This document shows positions 13,965-27,876 of a stretch of 64,000 nucleotides of DNA, one piece after another. The notes below the pieces were generated by a model that saw only the letters and a program-made list of their open reading frames with translations, was not told the DNA's origin and made no database searches. The DNA comes from Hydrolagus affinis (lineage: Eukaryota): NCBI GenBank assembly GCA_012026655.1, contig JAAILG010000253.1, positions 1 to 64,000 on the forward strand, in the 5' to 3' direction. The translations under genes and the position numbers were made by a program. Each line of letters opens with the position of its first letter. Position 1 is the stretch's first letter.

Positions 13965-14450
13965 CCACCACTCCACAATATCACTCGTTTCTGCCACCGC
14001 CTCACCCCTCAGGCCGCTGAAACGCTTAAACACGTTTGCCATCCCATGGCTCGAATACAACAACTCCCTCCTTGTTGCCTCCCCAACTCTTCCCTTCACA
14101 AGCTGCAGATCATCCAAAACTCTACAACTCGTGTCCCGCACCAGGCTCTGTGACCTATCATCCCTATCCTCGCACAGCTCCACAAGCTCCCCATCCCTCA
14201 GAGGATTGCATTCTCGTCCTCACATTCACGGCCTTGCCCCCTCCTACCTCTCTGACCCGTTCACACCCTCTAAACCTGTCCTCTCACTCCATTCAGCAGG
14301 CTTTGGCCTACTCCATGTTTCCTGCCTGACTTACCGTACCATCGATGACCGGGCTTTCAGCCTTTCTGTCCCCACGCTTTGGAACTCCATCTTAAAATCA
14401 CTTTGCTTTGTTCCCTCCCTTGCCTCCTACAAGGCCGGTCTCAGGAACCC
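13965..14450 (+). mobile_element. L2 fragment
   Basis: GLAPSYLSD...IDDRAFSLSVPTLWNS motifs within ORF 13939-14622. Confidence 0.8.
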
Positions 14451-15149
14451 TCCTTTTCCTACCTCTCTGCCCTTCCTCATCCCAACCCTGATGCTCAGGT
14501 CCTGCCCCCTGACAATACTGCTGGTATGCAGTAGAGTTGCTGATATCATGGTTACTGTCCAGATGTTTGACAGATCAATCTTGATGGAAATTGCAATGCA
14601 TTGGATTTGGATGAGTTACTAGTAGTGATCAAAATGAGTAGTCCTTTTGAATAAGAGAAGTCTACTCAATTTAAACAACATTTCTACATTTTTTCCCAAT
14701 GCTTTGAATAATTCACTCAAAAGCCCAACAATAATTAATGTGACCAATATGCAATTTTTAGTTGGTCTGTCTAATGATGTGGTTTCTGGCACTCGAATAC
14801 AGCCATACATGTCCCTTTCATGTATGCCAGATGCATGTGGGTGGTTATGTGAGACCAGTTTCAGAGCACAAACTGTGCAATGATGCAGAAATAGCTTGTA
14901 AATAATAATTCTTGAAGTTGCTTCAGCATCCATATCATTGAGTTGTCTCAAAGCACTTCACAGGTCATTGCTTTTTAAGTGGAGTGACTGTCTGTTTGAA
15001 AATAAACACAACTGTTTTGCACACAGCAAAATCCATTCAGAATCACAAAATCAATTTTATCTGGAGGAATCTTAGCCAATATTTTTGAATGGTACCATGT
15101 TCTGCTCTTTCAGTGCAGCCTAAAGTGTTGTTCTGGATTTGCTCTCTTG

Positions 15150-15530
15150 ATCTTATTTAAAATCATATCAACCTCTATAAGGTTCACTCTAAAACTTCTC
15201 CATTCAACTGAATGAGGAGTTCAGACTAACTGAATTAGGAGTTCAGACTCGTTGCTCATTCTTCTAACATTGGAGATCATCCCCTCATTACTCTCCTCCA
15301 CAACTGCCACTGGCAAATGGACAGCTCCCAATTGTCACAGTGAACAAACTGTACACAGTACTAAGTGTGGGCCTAACAGAGCACTATAATTTTAAAATGG
15401 TTTCTGGTGATCTGAACTCAACTGATTCAGTAATCTAGCCCAGCATCCTTCTTCATTGTCTGTTCTGATTCCACAATACAAAGTTCCCCCCAACTTCATA
15501 TCAGCTGCAAATTTAACTATGGTTCAAAAT
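15150..15530 (-). mobile_element. Diverged CR1 fragments
   Basis: caaactgtacacagtactaagtgtgggcctaac and ccccccaacttcatatcagctgcaaattt (reverse KFAADMKLGG, cf. KFADDTKLGG). Confidence 0.6.
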
Positions 15531-15650
15531 TGGTGAAATTCTTGTGAAGAGATTGTATGCAAGAGCTCGTAGTGAAGTTAAATTAATAGATTATCACATA
15601 AAATTATGCCATCAGTTCTCAGAAAGCACTCCAACATAAATAATCACAAC

Positions 15651-15961
15651 ATAATAATGCTTCCATTTGATATAGTGCTTTTCACAAGTTCTAGACGTCT
15701 CAAAGCACTTCACAGAATATACTGTAAAGTGAATTGACTGTATATTTGTGGACAAAATGCGGCAGCCAATTGCGCGCAGCAATGCACCACAAACAGTCGT
15801 GGATTGAAATGAACAAATTATTATTGTTTTTTTTACATATTATTATTAGGCATGTGGAGTAAGAAAACTTGTCCAAAGTTCATCCTTCCTGGAATTTAAC
15901 CCAGGTTTCTTGCTTGGAGGACAAGAGCTCTAACCACTGAGCTCCAGGCTACAGGATTCCA
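15651..15961 (-). mobile_element. Same SINE family, full length
   Basis: Reverse complement of head, body and tail. Confidence 0.85.
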
Positions 15962-18234
15962 TAATGGACCAGCGCCTAGGGACATACTCCTGACATGAAA
16001 GGCACTCTATAAATGTAATTTTGTTTTGTTGTTTGGGTAAATATACATCTGGGAATTGTCAGGAACTGTAACAAAAGGAATTATGAAAGTCTTGTGCAAC
16101 CAAGATTAATTAAAACCATAAAAAAATCCTTGTTAACTATGAATTCTAGTAATATTTCAATAAAATCCATATTTCCATTATTTGGGTTTTTGAAAGTGAT
16201 TCTTGCTGTGTTGATCAATAGTAGAATATAGATTGCATTGTGATACTTTGGTGTGCTCCCTTTTACCATGACCATTTGTACCAATACTTTGTTTTCTTTG
16301 AGTGTACTACCAGGCTCACTGTGCAGTATGTTGCTTATAACTGGAGTTATTTATAATCAATCAGAAACAGCAAGGCGTTTGGTGAGTGTTTATATAACAT
16401 AAGTATGAGCACAGCCAACTGATGCATAAGGATTGGAAAACATAGTAAATAAAGTACAACACAATTTACATTCATGAACCACCTTCGTACAATCTGTCTC
16501 CTGGCACAATCTGTTCAGTCCTCCAGACACCTCTGAGTCCACCATATCAGAACCAAGCTTTGCTTTTTTCTTCTCTAACAGGTCTAGGAATAAAGTGAAT
16601 CAGAAAAAAAGTGCTTTCAACACTTGTTTCAGAGTTATCAGTGTACACTTTCTACCTTTTCAATAACTTGAAATGTAACTCTCATGCATGTGAAAATTGG
16701 ACACAATATTAGTCTGAAGGTCATACTGTATTAATTTTAACCAATTTGATTATGAACAGGCTTCACTTTAATAACTGAAAAATCATGCCTGATTAAAATC
16801 ACAAGTCTATTTGTCGTGGCAAGTTTCTGATTCAGCCAATTCTTTAGAAGGCAGAGACCCAATAAAAATACAAAGTTCAAGTCAAACTACACTACTGCAT
16901 ATAATTCTTATGATTGGGTTCAGGTCAGTGTGAGTGGGATATAATGATTAAAATAAATGAGCTTTTCTTAAAACATATTTTGGCAACCTTTACAGTAATA
17001 GGGTGGCTTGTTATTCCAATGCTAATGGATTATCTACCTCAATTGTTCTATTTGAACTGAATCATGACATATTACGGTGAACTTTCTATTTTAACTCAAA
17101 AACTCAAACCCCACCATAATTTAACTGAATAATGCAGAAACAAATATAATATAAATCATCAGTAATTTGATTTCAACTGTCCATAAAATTAATATACGAC
17201 AATTCAAACATAGACATGAATATCATAGGTGTCAGTTATTTAAATCATTGTTATTGTTGCTGCTGTCTGTGCTGTTGATTTAGGTAAAAAAAAATTAAAG
17301 ACTTCACCAAGCTGTTTTAGCTTTGGAATGGAAAACCTGGTACATTTTCTGGGGTCAGTCATCCAAAGCTGAAATAACATGTGGGTTCATCCTCAATCAC
17401 AAGGAATTATTTTTCCATAGCATTAAAAAGTTAATTATGTCATGAGCATGTAGCTTCATCTGAATACATCTCATTCTATTACAATTAAAGCAAATGACAT
17501 GAAAATGTGGAAGCTGCAGTACTTCAAATCATACAATCCCGCTTTAGAGTTTTTTGCTGCCTTGTCTGAAATGAAATATAAAATGTACTCTGTAAATGCA
17601 TATTTACTTCAACATTTTTGATGAACAATATGTAAACTTATGCAAACAGTATGTAAACTTACAAACACAACGATTGAAGGCTCTGTAGTGTGGAGTCAAA
17701 GTATCTCCCAAACAAATTTAAAAACTGAAAAATGGTCTTTCTTCGGTTTTCTGCAGTTAACTTAGAGCACGATTAAATTACTGCACAGATGTGATCCAAA
17801 TTATTTGTGGCAAGTTTCAGCACTTCAGGCATTCTAGGGAGCTTGTGTTTTCAATCAAAGAGTGGGGTAGAACACATTTTCCTCTGTTCCTTTCTCAATG
17901 CATATTCTCCAGTTTTGCGTTTACCCTTTCTAATGCCTCTTACCTCCTCCTGCGCCTGAAAAACTAAATCAAGGTCAAAAGAATCTGAACACACATCTGT
18001 CCTTTCAGACAAGCCCTTTCCCTTATATCTTTCATCTAATTTCTTGGAACACATCTTTTGCAAGAGTCTCTAGATCTTTGGCTTTGGGAATTGAAAGCAG
18101 TGTTGTTAACAAAATGCAAACTAAATTACGTAATAGTGATACATATTTTTGGAAAAGTGCCTTTTCACATTGGGGGGACCTCCCAAAGCACTTCACTGGA
18201 AAGTGCAGTGACCATGGATTTCATCAAGTTGTTA

Positions 18235-18606
18235 CAAAGCCCTCCATGGCCTCACCCTACATCTGCGACCTATTAACACCCTTCCAACCTGCCCTCCCCC
18301 TCCACTCAGCAGGCTCCGGCCTGCTCCACATTCCACAACCCACCCACCCCACCATTGGCGGGCAAGCCTTCAGCCACTTTGCCCCCAACCTCTGTAATTC
18401 CATACCGCAGTCCCTATGCCTCAACCCCTCCATGGCCTCCTTCAAGTCCCACCTCAAGACCCTCCTCTTCGATGACCCCAAATACCCCCCTTTCCCTCCA
18501 ACCTCCCTGTTCCCTACCCCAGCTCGGGTCTGAAACAATGACTGTCCAGCGTCTTGGGACATCCTCCTGATGGGAAAGGCACTATACAAATGCAATTTTG
18601 TTGTTG
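18235..18606 (+). mobile_element. L2 3' end
   Basis: TIGGQAFSHFAPNLCNSIP...FKSHLKTLLFD, then a tail with (TTG)n. Confidence 0.85.
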
Positions 18607-19760
18607 TAGTTACAATCAAAAGTGAGATGAAGGAGTACAGTACAGTATATTTAAAAATTTGTATATTTAAATTAGAAAAAAAAGCAGTTCCCGTCAAATA
18701 TTGTTAAAGTTAAATACTGATAATTATCGTATGTCCATGGTATTAATAGGGTTATGATTAAAGAATGATGGTCTTATAATCAGCCTTATAACGTTACGTG
18801 CACACAATGCTGGACATTTCCCTGCGCTGTCCCAGCAGCAAAGTCAGTCATTTTGCAAGCCAAGCTAAAACTTCTCAAATTACACATCTGCTACAGAATA
18901 CCCAGAGCAAATTGTCATAATTGCGCTGCTCATTGGGCATCATAGACAAAACTACCTTTAGTCCCTCCTGCTTAAGAATGTGAAGAATGTAACATTAACT
19001 TGGATGTTTTTATTTTTAAGATTGAACAGAACCTCAATATGCGATTGATTCCCCATCAAAGCTACAGCAAGGAATGGAGTTCAGGGCTGCACTTCCTCAT
19101 AGACAAGTTCTCTTTTCAAAGTGTAATCCTGCAAAAAGAAAATAAACAGCTAAGGAGTCAAGACTCATTTTCTATCATCTTCAGGCCAAAAATCTAATTC
19201 TATACATTTCCACAGGCAAACATTATGACCATTATCTTTTATAGGGTGTATAGGCTTTATCTTTTATAGGGAATACAGCACCAAATGTAAACAACTAAAG
19301 ACATTTTAGTTAATAAAGCTACCATCAGATCGTACATTTTCCAATTGCTGATTTTTTGGTACAACTTGTAAAACTAGTTTCTCTCTTTTTGTGAACACAT
19401 ACACTCAATGAAAAGTTGTTCCACATATGTTTTCCAATGAGACTAAGATAAATTCTCACATATTTGCAGTTCCATTTTCTTTTCCTATTTATGTTCTCTG
19501 CGTATCTATCTATGAAATACATTCACTTTATTAGTGAAAAAAAGTTGCAAATTAATTTTGTAAAACGCGTGGCCTCAGTCAAAATGTTTCGTGGCAAGCA
19601 CATCTGTCTTTTGAAAACTCATTGGCTGCTGTTGGTGGTTGAGCTAGCTCTGGAGATAAGAACATTAATGATTTCCTTCTGTACAGCAGCCTGACTATTT
19701 TTAAAATAATGTCTGAAACAATTCAGATATTTCTCTGAATTGTAGTAAAACATCAAATCA

Positions 19761-20046
19761 CGGAGTCATGTAGCTCAATGGTTGGAGCACTCACCTTACA
19801 AGCGAGAGATCTGGGTTCGATTCCAGGCAGGGTGAAATTTTGGGCAAATTTCCTTACTCCACACATCTACTAATAATCCCTCAAAATTTTTTTTAAATCA
19901 TTTTAATCCCCGATTGTTCATGGGACACTGCTCAACATTTCACCCAGATATATACAGTCAATTCACTTTACAGTATATATTATGAAGCACTTTGAGCCAT
20001 CTAGAAGATGTGAAAAGCACTATACCAAATGGAAGTTATTATTATT
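19761..20046 (+). mobile_element. tRNA-head Deu-type SINE, near full length (short variant)
   Basis: A/B-box head (tagctcaatggttggagc...gggttcgattcc), body, and L2-like tail ending in (TTA)n. Confidence 0.85.
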
Positions 20047-23000
20047 AAATATTTCAAATACACCTTTTTAAATATTTAATCCAAACTATAAAATTTAAAG
20101 AGTAACAAGCAATTTAATTTATGATTCACTTCCTAAGTAGCTTCAGGGTGACCAAAGAATAAAAGGAATTATGAATAATGAGTTTATTTTACAAGGAATT
20201 GATAAAAATCTAAAGCGCATCTGCAACACACACGCAAATCTATTTCAGATAACGGAGAAAAAAGCAATAATTTAATTAGTTACAATAATCCTTGATTTAT
20301 CAGTTTACAAAGTCACTAAAATCACTCCTTTTATAACGTAACCTATATTTTATATTCAAAAGGTCCCACTTTTTATTACCCCCCTAGGAACTAACTAGGT
20401 GGCATACTCTGTCAGATAGCAATCTTGATTTCCAAACCCTGTCTATCATTATGAGGATCAGTCTGATTTCTGAACAATCGAGAGGCTGGGAGATGCCAAC
20501 TGTACTGCTGAGTGGCTCAGTTCAGTTGATGGCCTTGTACTTCAGATGAGATATTAAACTGAGATCATGTTGATCTTTTTTTGCTAAGAAAAATACTTTG
20601 GAATTTCTTTCCCGGTATCCAGAATAATACTACTGATGTCTGGGAATTTGCTTTGTTTTTCTGAACTCATCTGACTCATCTTCACTGGTATCTCCTCTCC
20701 TCCTCCCCCAAATTTATTGACTATGACAGCTGCTATTAAGAGTGTGCAAGCAATTACCAATGATCGAAACTATGCAGGATCCCTGGTGAAATATGAATAC
20801 TATCAAAAACAATCAGCTTCTCCTATGGAGAGGCTAATGACTTTTCACACATGGTCTAATGAAATGTCTCGATATGCTTTAGATATCTCAATCCATCTTC
20901 CAGCATCAGTTTTTCTCCTTCTAGCTTGTGAAATCAAGTATCCCTTTCATGTGCACTTTATCCCGAAACTGGATGTTTAAAGAGAAGGAACAACATTCAC
21001 ACCCTGCAAGTTCTTACAGTAATTATTACCTTTATGTTTTTTAAAAAAAATTCCACATTACAAGTGATAAAGCAGCATCAATGCTTCACAAGAAGGTACC
21101 AACCACCTTCTCATTTCTACTTTGAATTTGCCTTTCAAGCAGCTGTCTCTTACAGTTCATCGGAAAATTTATTGAAGCAGAAACGACTAGCTTCACAGAA
21201 TACGCACACAAAAGATGGTAATTTCTCTTGACAATATATTAACCAGTAACGTATTCAAATTCCCATTCAAAAGCATGTTTTTAAAATATTAGTCAGGAGG
21301 AATTTTCCATGCATATGTTGCTGTCACATCAATTATGAGACAGTAGAACATTTCATTCTTCAAGTTAAACTCCAGAGGTTTTAAGGTCTGAAAGCAATAT
21401 TTTAGTAGTCTATGCACGAAATCCCCCGTGCAGTTGATATTTTACATACTGTACCACCTATCTTATAAAGCAAGACAACAATGTACAACAGTTTGGTAAC
21501 TGTTGCAACTGACAAATTGTTTAATGAAACAACTATTTTCAAGCTAATTTCATTCAAATCATCATTCAAATCATCATTTTGTTTAAAGGCAAAAGGTCAC
21601 AGAGGGAAATAGACTGTGATGCTTCCCCATATATCAAACAACTAGCATGGATTGACAAAATCATGGTCTGTTGAGCATAGACAACAAACTATTAAATTCA
21701 AAATGTAAAGTCTAGCACTTATTAAGCTTGTTTTTGGCAAAAGAAACACTACTGCAGTCCCAATAAAGGTGAAATCCAAGAACTATTGAGTTATGATCAG
21801 AGAAAATATTTCTTAAATTGGAACAGACTTTTCCCCAAGAGTCTCTGTAACTGCGGAAGAGCAGACAGCAAAATTATAGCTGGTGAAGAGACTTGACAGG
21901 AAACTGTTTAGCAAAATGTGGTGGCAATCTGTTCTTTTGTCCAAAATATTGAAGTTACAAATGTGGAAACGATAAGACCTCTATTCAGTAACTAGTGATG
22001 CACATGGAAAAATTCAGTTCATACAGAAAATCTTGCATCGGTGCCTATTTTGTAAGGTACTAGATCTGTTAAATACTCCTCAAATCCATGGAAATATTGG
22101 GAGTGGAGGGATGAAGAGGAAATAGCTGAGTGCTCGCCAAGGTCAAATATTAAATTAGCTTGACTGAACGTCAGTATATTGTGGCAAACAAAAGCATTCA
22201 GGACTATTAGATTTTGAAAGGAAATCAAAGGAATCTGACATCTTATAGGAAATTGGAACTGCAGGCTAGATGGACTAATGATGGCCTGGTATTTGACATT
22301 TTTTCAGGATTGGCTAAAACGCTGAGAGCATCAGGTACTAGATTCTCCACCTATGCTTCCTTCTCAGACTTAATTTGTGACTTTCACTCGATTTTTGTTG
22401 TGTTGAGCAAGGTGAAGAGCATCAATTCTGAAATCTGAAATATTTTTCTGATTTTGGCACATTGGGATCAGTTTCAAACATTCCCAGGTTAGCAGTGCAT
22501 GAGCAAATGCAGAACAACATTCTCTCAATTTGACCGAATTCCAATTACAGATGGCCACCTGGTGTGCACCGGTATGAATGGTATGGAAGGATTATGGGCA
22601 GTATAGTGCGATGGATTTTCTGCAGATCCATTCCGTTTAAGGATTCTGATAGCCTGCAGTGAGAGGAACAGTCGTTGCTCACTCTAGGCTCAACTGGAAG
22701 CCAAATAACAGATGTGAAACAATCCACTGAGCTACCCAGACAGTATTTATCAGGCAAATTCTCAACAAATTCCCGATATAAAGGTTCTTTCAGAATTTCT
22801 TAAGTTAAATTGAGGCTCTAACCAGACCAGACAAACCATTAGTTTGTTTCACCTATTCACTCATTCTGAACACTTGATGAGATGTACTTAATTTACTTCA
22901 TGGTTTATTTAACAAAGCAGCAGCAGGGAAATAGAAAACTCTTTTTCATCAAATCTCAATAATATATTGTCAAATGCTCGTGCTGAAATCTGCTATTAGG

Positions 23001-23180
23001 TGCAACAATACCGGATAACTGTGGAACAGTAAGTTACAGAATCTTCCTATTGTAATCAGAGTAAATTAAACCGTTTATATCCAACTGAATATGTAAGATA
23101 GAATCATCAGAGCTAGAAAGAGCTATTTTAGTGCACAAAAAGCTAATGTTGCTAAGTCAATCAATTACTGATTATTGTTT

Positions 23181-23630
23181 GAAACAAAAACAGAAATTGC
23201 TAGGAACACTCAGCAGGTCAGGCAGCATCTATGGAGAAAGGAAAGTGAGTCAATGTTTCGGGTCCACAACCCTTCATGAGAACTTGGGCATGTTGTGATG
23301 GAGAGGCTTTTAAGGACTAACAGAGAGCGGTGGGGTGGGAGGGGAGACAGGGCAGAGCAGAGCAAGGAAGACAATGGAGAAAATGTGGTAGAGGACAGAC
23401 TGTTCTTTTGCAATTTATCACCTGCACTTTGTTTTACATTATTAACACCTCTTCTCTTCAGTTTTGATGTAATCCTCCCCTTTGTTTTACACCATTTGGA
23501 CCTGTTTACCCACCATCTACTGTCCTCTTCTACATTTTCTTCTTTGTCTTCCTTTCCCTGCCTCCCCGCTGAGTGTCCCCAGCGATTTCTGTTTTTGGTT
23601 CCGACTTCAAGCATCTGCGGTATTTTGCAT
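23181..23630. mobile_element. Penelope-like element remnant with inverted terminal (pLTR) copies
   Basis: 23181-23284 is the reverse complement of 53627-53732; 23560-23630 repeats the same terminus (gctgagtgtccccagcgatttctgtttt) in the forward orientation. Confidence 0.65.
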
Positions 23631-26237
23631 ACTAATTATTATTTACTCCCTTAATTTGTGTGCCATATGCAATGCAGTTTCCCATCATAAACTGTAACAC
23701 AATGGTACTGTGTGTTTCTTTCACCAAAAATAATCATATTGACTTCTCTTCCAAAACTTAATTATTTTGGCAAGCTCATACTTTGCAAACGTACACAAAA
23801 TACATGGGAGTATATATACACATAGGAATGTACATTACTGGAAAACAACATTGCGTTTCATTTAACCGGGCCCAAAGAAAAAATTGAATGAATAAAAAAT
23901 CCTACACCCCTTGATCTCTTTATTGAATTATTTTCCAAATAACTGTTGAATATGCTTTCAAATTTGCTGCCAAAATCTGCCTCCACAACCTTCCCAAATA
24001 TTGCACACAGTATTTTGCATTCTGTGTAACATGAAATCTAAACGGTCTGCTTATCATTTCCTTGTCTGAGCTGGAGCCTGTGGACCCTAGTTCCAGTTTT
24101 AATTGAAAACATGTAACCAGTGTCAATGGGGTAAAATAATGGTTCATTATACAGTATTTCACTAAACGTAATTGAATTCTGTTCAAAATAAATACCTTAA
24201 TTTCACCACCAATGCTGGTGCGTGTGCTGTAAAATAAATTGTAGATTGAGAAGGATAAATAGCAATTTGATGCACATTGTGTATACTGTTTGAACGATCA
24301 CCCTATTCATGAAACATTTGGAACAATTGGAATATGACAGATGTTTCAAATAATCAAACAATGAATTGCTCCTAAAATAATACTTTTGAACAAACCTGTG
24401 GGTTAAGATTATTCATGTTTACAACTATAGGAAATCTTTACAATCAAGATTTGATGTCGTTAATAGTAGTTTAATTTGTATTTCTGGATTATTTATAAAT
24501 GGTGAGTTTTATTAAACTATTTTGTTATTTGCTTGAACACTGATTGATACAAATTACTGAAAATATAAAATAGCTTTGCAGGAATCGTGAAAGCCAAGGA
24601 TAAACAAACATAGCAGTTGCAACCCTCTCATACAAGAATTGGTTCAGTCACTTCAGACCTACCTTTAAATATTACACTTACTGAATTTGTTTCCTCTTTA
24701 AAAGAATCATCCAAGAGAATTACCTGTTCACATAAGGAGATTGTCTTTGCTCCCAGTAAACATAAGTCACCTTCACTTGACTGCAAAGGAACACAGGGAG
24801 AAGATCATTCAACTCACTGTGTCTGCTCCACCAGACTATTCAATCCATAACCTAAGGATTACAACCCATAATCCCACATCACCATCAGATGCCTTTATTC
24901 CGTTGTTTCTCAAAGCATCTGTCCATCACTCTCTCAAACCTCAGGTTGATCATCAATGGCTTTCTTTCTCGTAACAGCAGATTCCCAATTCATATTATGC
25001 CCCGCAAGTTGATTTTTTCCCTCATCTCAGCCATGATTGTTTCTCTCTTTTTTTAAAAAAAGATTATATTTGAATTCAGAAACCATCAGAGAAAAAAATA
25101 ATTTGCTGTGTTTTTCTCATAACTACAAACACTTCAATCAAATTGCCCTTTAGCCACTTCAGCTGCGGAGGAAACATCTTCTCTCGAATCATCATGCAGT
25201 TGCCTCTCTGAGGTCCCTAGTATCATGCTCTTGAACATCCCCTGTACTTTTTCAGGTCAATATATCCTTCCTGTAAAAAACGGGTGATGGTTGGTACTTT
25301 ACGGTCCAGTCCAAGATTAGGCAGGCAATAAGAGAACATCAGAATTGGAAGGCTCTGTTCCATGATTGCTTTTGACACTTTTTGGCAATACAACCTTCTT
25401 TTTTTTTTAAAATGGCACTTAAAATACCAAACTCCCGGGGGTACGTAGCTTTGTGTTTCACTGGAATATGAGAAGCATTGCTAACGGGCACATGGCACAA
25501 TTCTCAATTTAAGTCATGGGCCTCGGCCTTTCATACCAATTCCTTTTGATTTGTTCCATATGTATCTCACAGTTGGAGAGTCATCTTAATGTTTTGAAGC
25601 AAACACACAAATTGTAAAATGCGAAACAAACAAGTGTGCCTCTAACGGAGCCATAGAGTCTAATAGAGAGAAAACTTTCCATACGTTTATTCTGTTGGAT
25701 GTTTTGATCATTTTTGTTCAGAATAATAATATTTGTTGCAAAAAAAATTATATGTTTGATGTACCACATACCACATAATCATACACAACATATGCAGGAA
25801 ATATGCTGGTCTGTCACTTTCTGTAACTCTCATACAACTCGTACGTCTTGCTCTTGTTTCATCATTCTCATTATTTAATGAGGAAAAAAGGTATTAAAAT
25901 TGAGAGTATCAACTGAGGACAAGCAAAATGCACTAAATAGATTCCATTTGTGCTGAAATCTTTGTGACTTGCTCATTTTCCAAAATAAACAAAAAATGGC
26001 AAAATGCCCAAATCAACAATTCAAATAGGGCAAAGCACTCAAAATAAATATTGAAACATTATTTTTCATTAAGAACCAAATGTATATTTTCTTAATACAG
26101 TAAATTTATATACTTCAAAAGCTTGAAAAGGTAACAGAATTCAATGTTTGCAATGACTATAAATCCTCAATAATCGGTTAATAGATTATTATGAGTTGAG
26201 AGCTTTTTTTCCATTGAATTAGAAATTCACGCGATGT

Positions 26238-26385
26238 ATAATAATAATAATCCTTGCATTTGATATAGCACTTTTCATGTCTTCTAGACATCTCTAAGTA
26301 ATTCATAGAATAAATACTGTGAGTCAATAAGTGAATTGACTCTATATTTATGGGCGAAGTGCGGCAGGCAATTGCGCGCAGCAGT
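26238..26385 (-). mobile_element. SINE 3' fragment
   Basis: (AAT)n ccttgcatttgatatagcac... tail and part of the body. Confidence 0.75.
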
Positions 26386-27876
26386 ATAGACCAACTAAAC
26401 TGAAATAATTCCATAAAGCCATAGCAATTTCATTCAGCCTGGGTTGGCTGTCCACTTGAGCTTTTACTTGAATGTCAGTCCCTGCTGTTTCAAAGTACTT
26501 AGCCGTATATTTCTTCAAGAATTTAATCCATTCCCTTTTAATCTCTGCTAACACAGCTGCAACAGCTATATCTGGTAAAGAATTCTGTAAACAGAAAACA
26601 AATTGATGCCTTCTCGTTACTGACACATCAATTAGGAGAAATCATCTTTCTTTCTTATTGCACATTTAAAGGCATTCAATTTCGATCAAAAAACGCTCAC
26701 AGCATTCTATGGAGCATTCAGGAAGGATTTATAATAAAAGTCAGTTCATAAACTTAAGTGGTTTTTAATGCAAAACGACTTTAAAACATGTGGGTTTGCA
26801 AAATAAATGTAATCACCATTCAGAGGAAATAATCTCTAGAAAAAAACCTTGCTTCGGGTTCAGTAAATACGTTCAAAATGAATGCAATGACAAAGCACAG
26901 AAAAGACGGAATAATAAGGATGGAGAGAATTGACACATTACTTAACTATATACTGTACAGTACTCTGACATTCTGATGCGTTTCATCTCAATTCAAAACT
27001 TTCTCGCTGTCGAATGAAATTTTCCAGTCGGAAACCAATTTTTTGGGGAATGAGAGGCATCTAAAATATAATTGAGCCACAACCGTCTCTACGCACATAC
27101 TCGCATCATAAAACATTCCTTGCCAGAAAAGTAACCTTTCTATGTTGAAATTCTACCTTCTTTCCAGCATTACTATTTAAACCCATTGGCTTCTGCAATG
27201 CTAAGGATATGTTTATTCACTTTTGAATAGTTTGTACATTAAACATATAATAGAACATAATAGTTTGTGCATACAATTTGTTTACACATTAGGCTTGCTT
27301 TGAGCTTCATGAGAATCTTGTACAAATCTGGTTTGGCAGCGTTCACTATTTTTGTTTTCAAAATTCTTGTTCCTTTAAATACAGTACAGACTTCCAAAAC
27401 GAGAACATGGATAATGAACTTAGAATCCCTACATTTTTCCAAAGTTACAATTAGTACTGATTGCCGGCTGCGTGGTTACTCTTAAGGATGAAATAGTGGA
27501 AGTTGGATCATTTGTCTACTTGAAAGATCAAATGCATTTTTAAAACAGACCAATTGAAAAACACAATGGGGAAGAAATTATCAATCATTAAGACCACTGC
27601 AAGTCAGAACATTAATTTGTACATTTGCAAAGATTAGAAATCATATTTTACTTCAAATTCTTAGAAAGAGCTGCTATATTGATTGCTATTATTGTTTCCA
27701 ATGCTTGTGAAGCAGTTCACATGTTAGGATGGAGGAAACATGGCTTTTAAATAGTTAAGTATGAATGTAAGTGAAGCTGACTGTGTGTGGAAAATATCAG
27801 TTCAATTCTGACTTTCATAATTGGTCATTTTCAAAATAGTTATTCAGTTTTTCCAAGAAAATTAGCTTCATAACAA

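Larger units (their letters stand above)
930..26584 (-). pseudogene. Speculative multi-exon decayed or unannotated gene (RGS-like helical motifs) downstream of GIPC2
   Basis: Exon-like segments with AG/GT borders and largely open frames at 26468-26584, 22025-22125, 19033-19128, 17944-18069, 16470-16583, 11605-11703, 10106-10249, 9790-9994 and ~930-1131. Some phase clashes, a stop and a frameshift are present. Confidence 0.25.

Noticed and set aside
13939-14622. 227-aa plus-strand ORF
   Set aside because: Mostly a frameshifted L2 ORF2 remnant; low-complexity pyrimidine-rich sequence lacks stops.
14619-14951. 110-aa minus-strand ORF as a further exon of the speculative gene
   Set aside because: The acceptor is plausible but the donor is ambiguous and there is no motif support, so it was left out of the model.
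19761-19835. tRNA gene-like sequence (also 27877 and 62051)
   Set aside because: These are SINE heads continuous with SINE bodies; no complete cloverleaf.
21156-21217. Plus-strand exon-like segment (FIGKFIEAETTSFTEYAHKR)
   Set aside because: Isolated, with no partner exons or recognisable motif; it illustrates the chance rate of exon-like hits.
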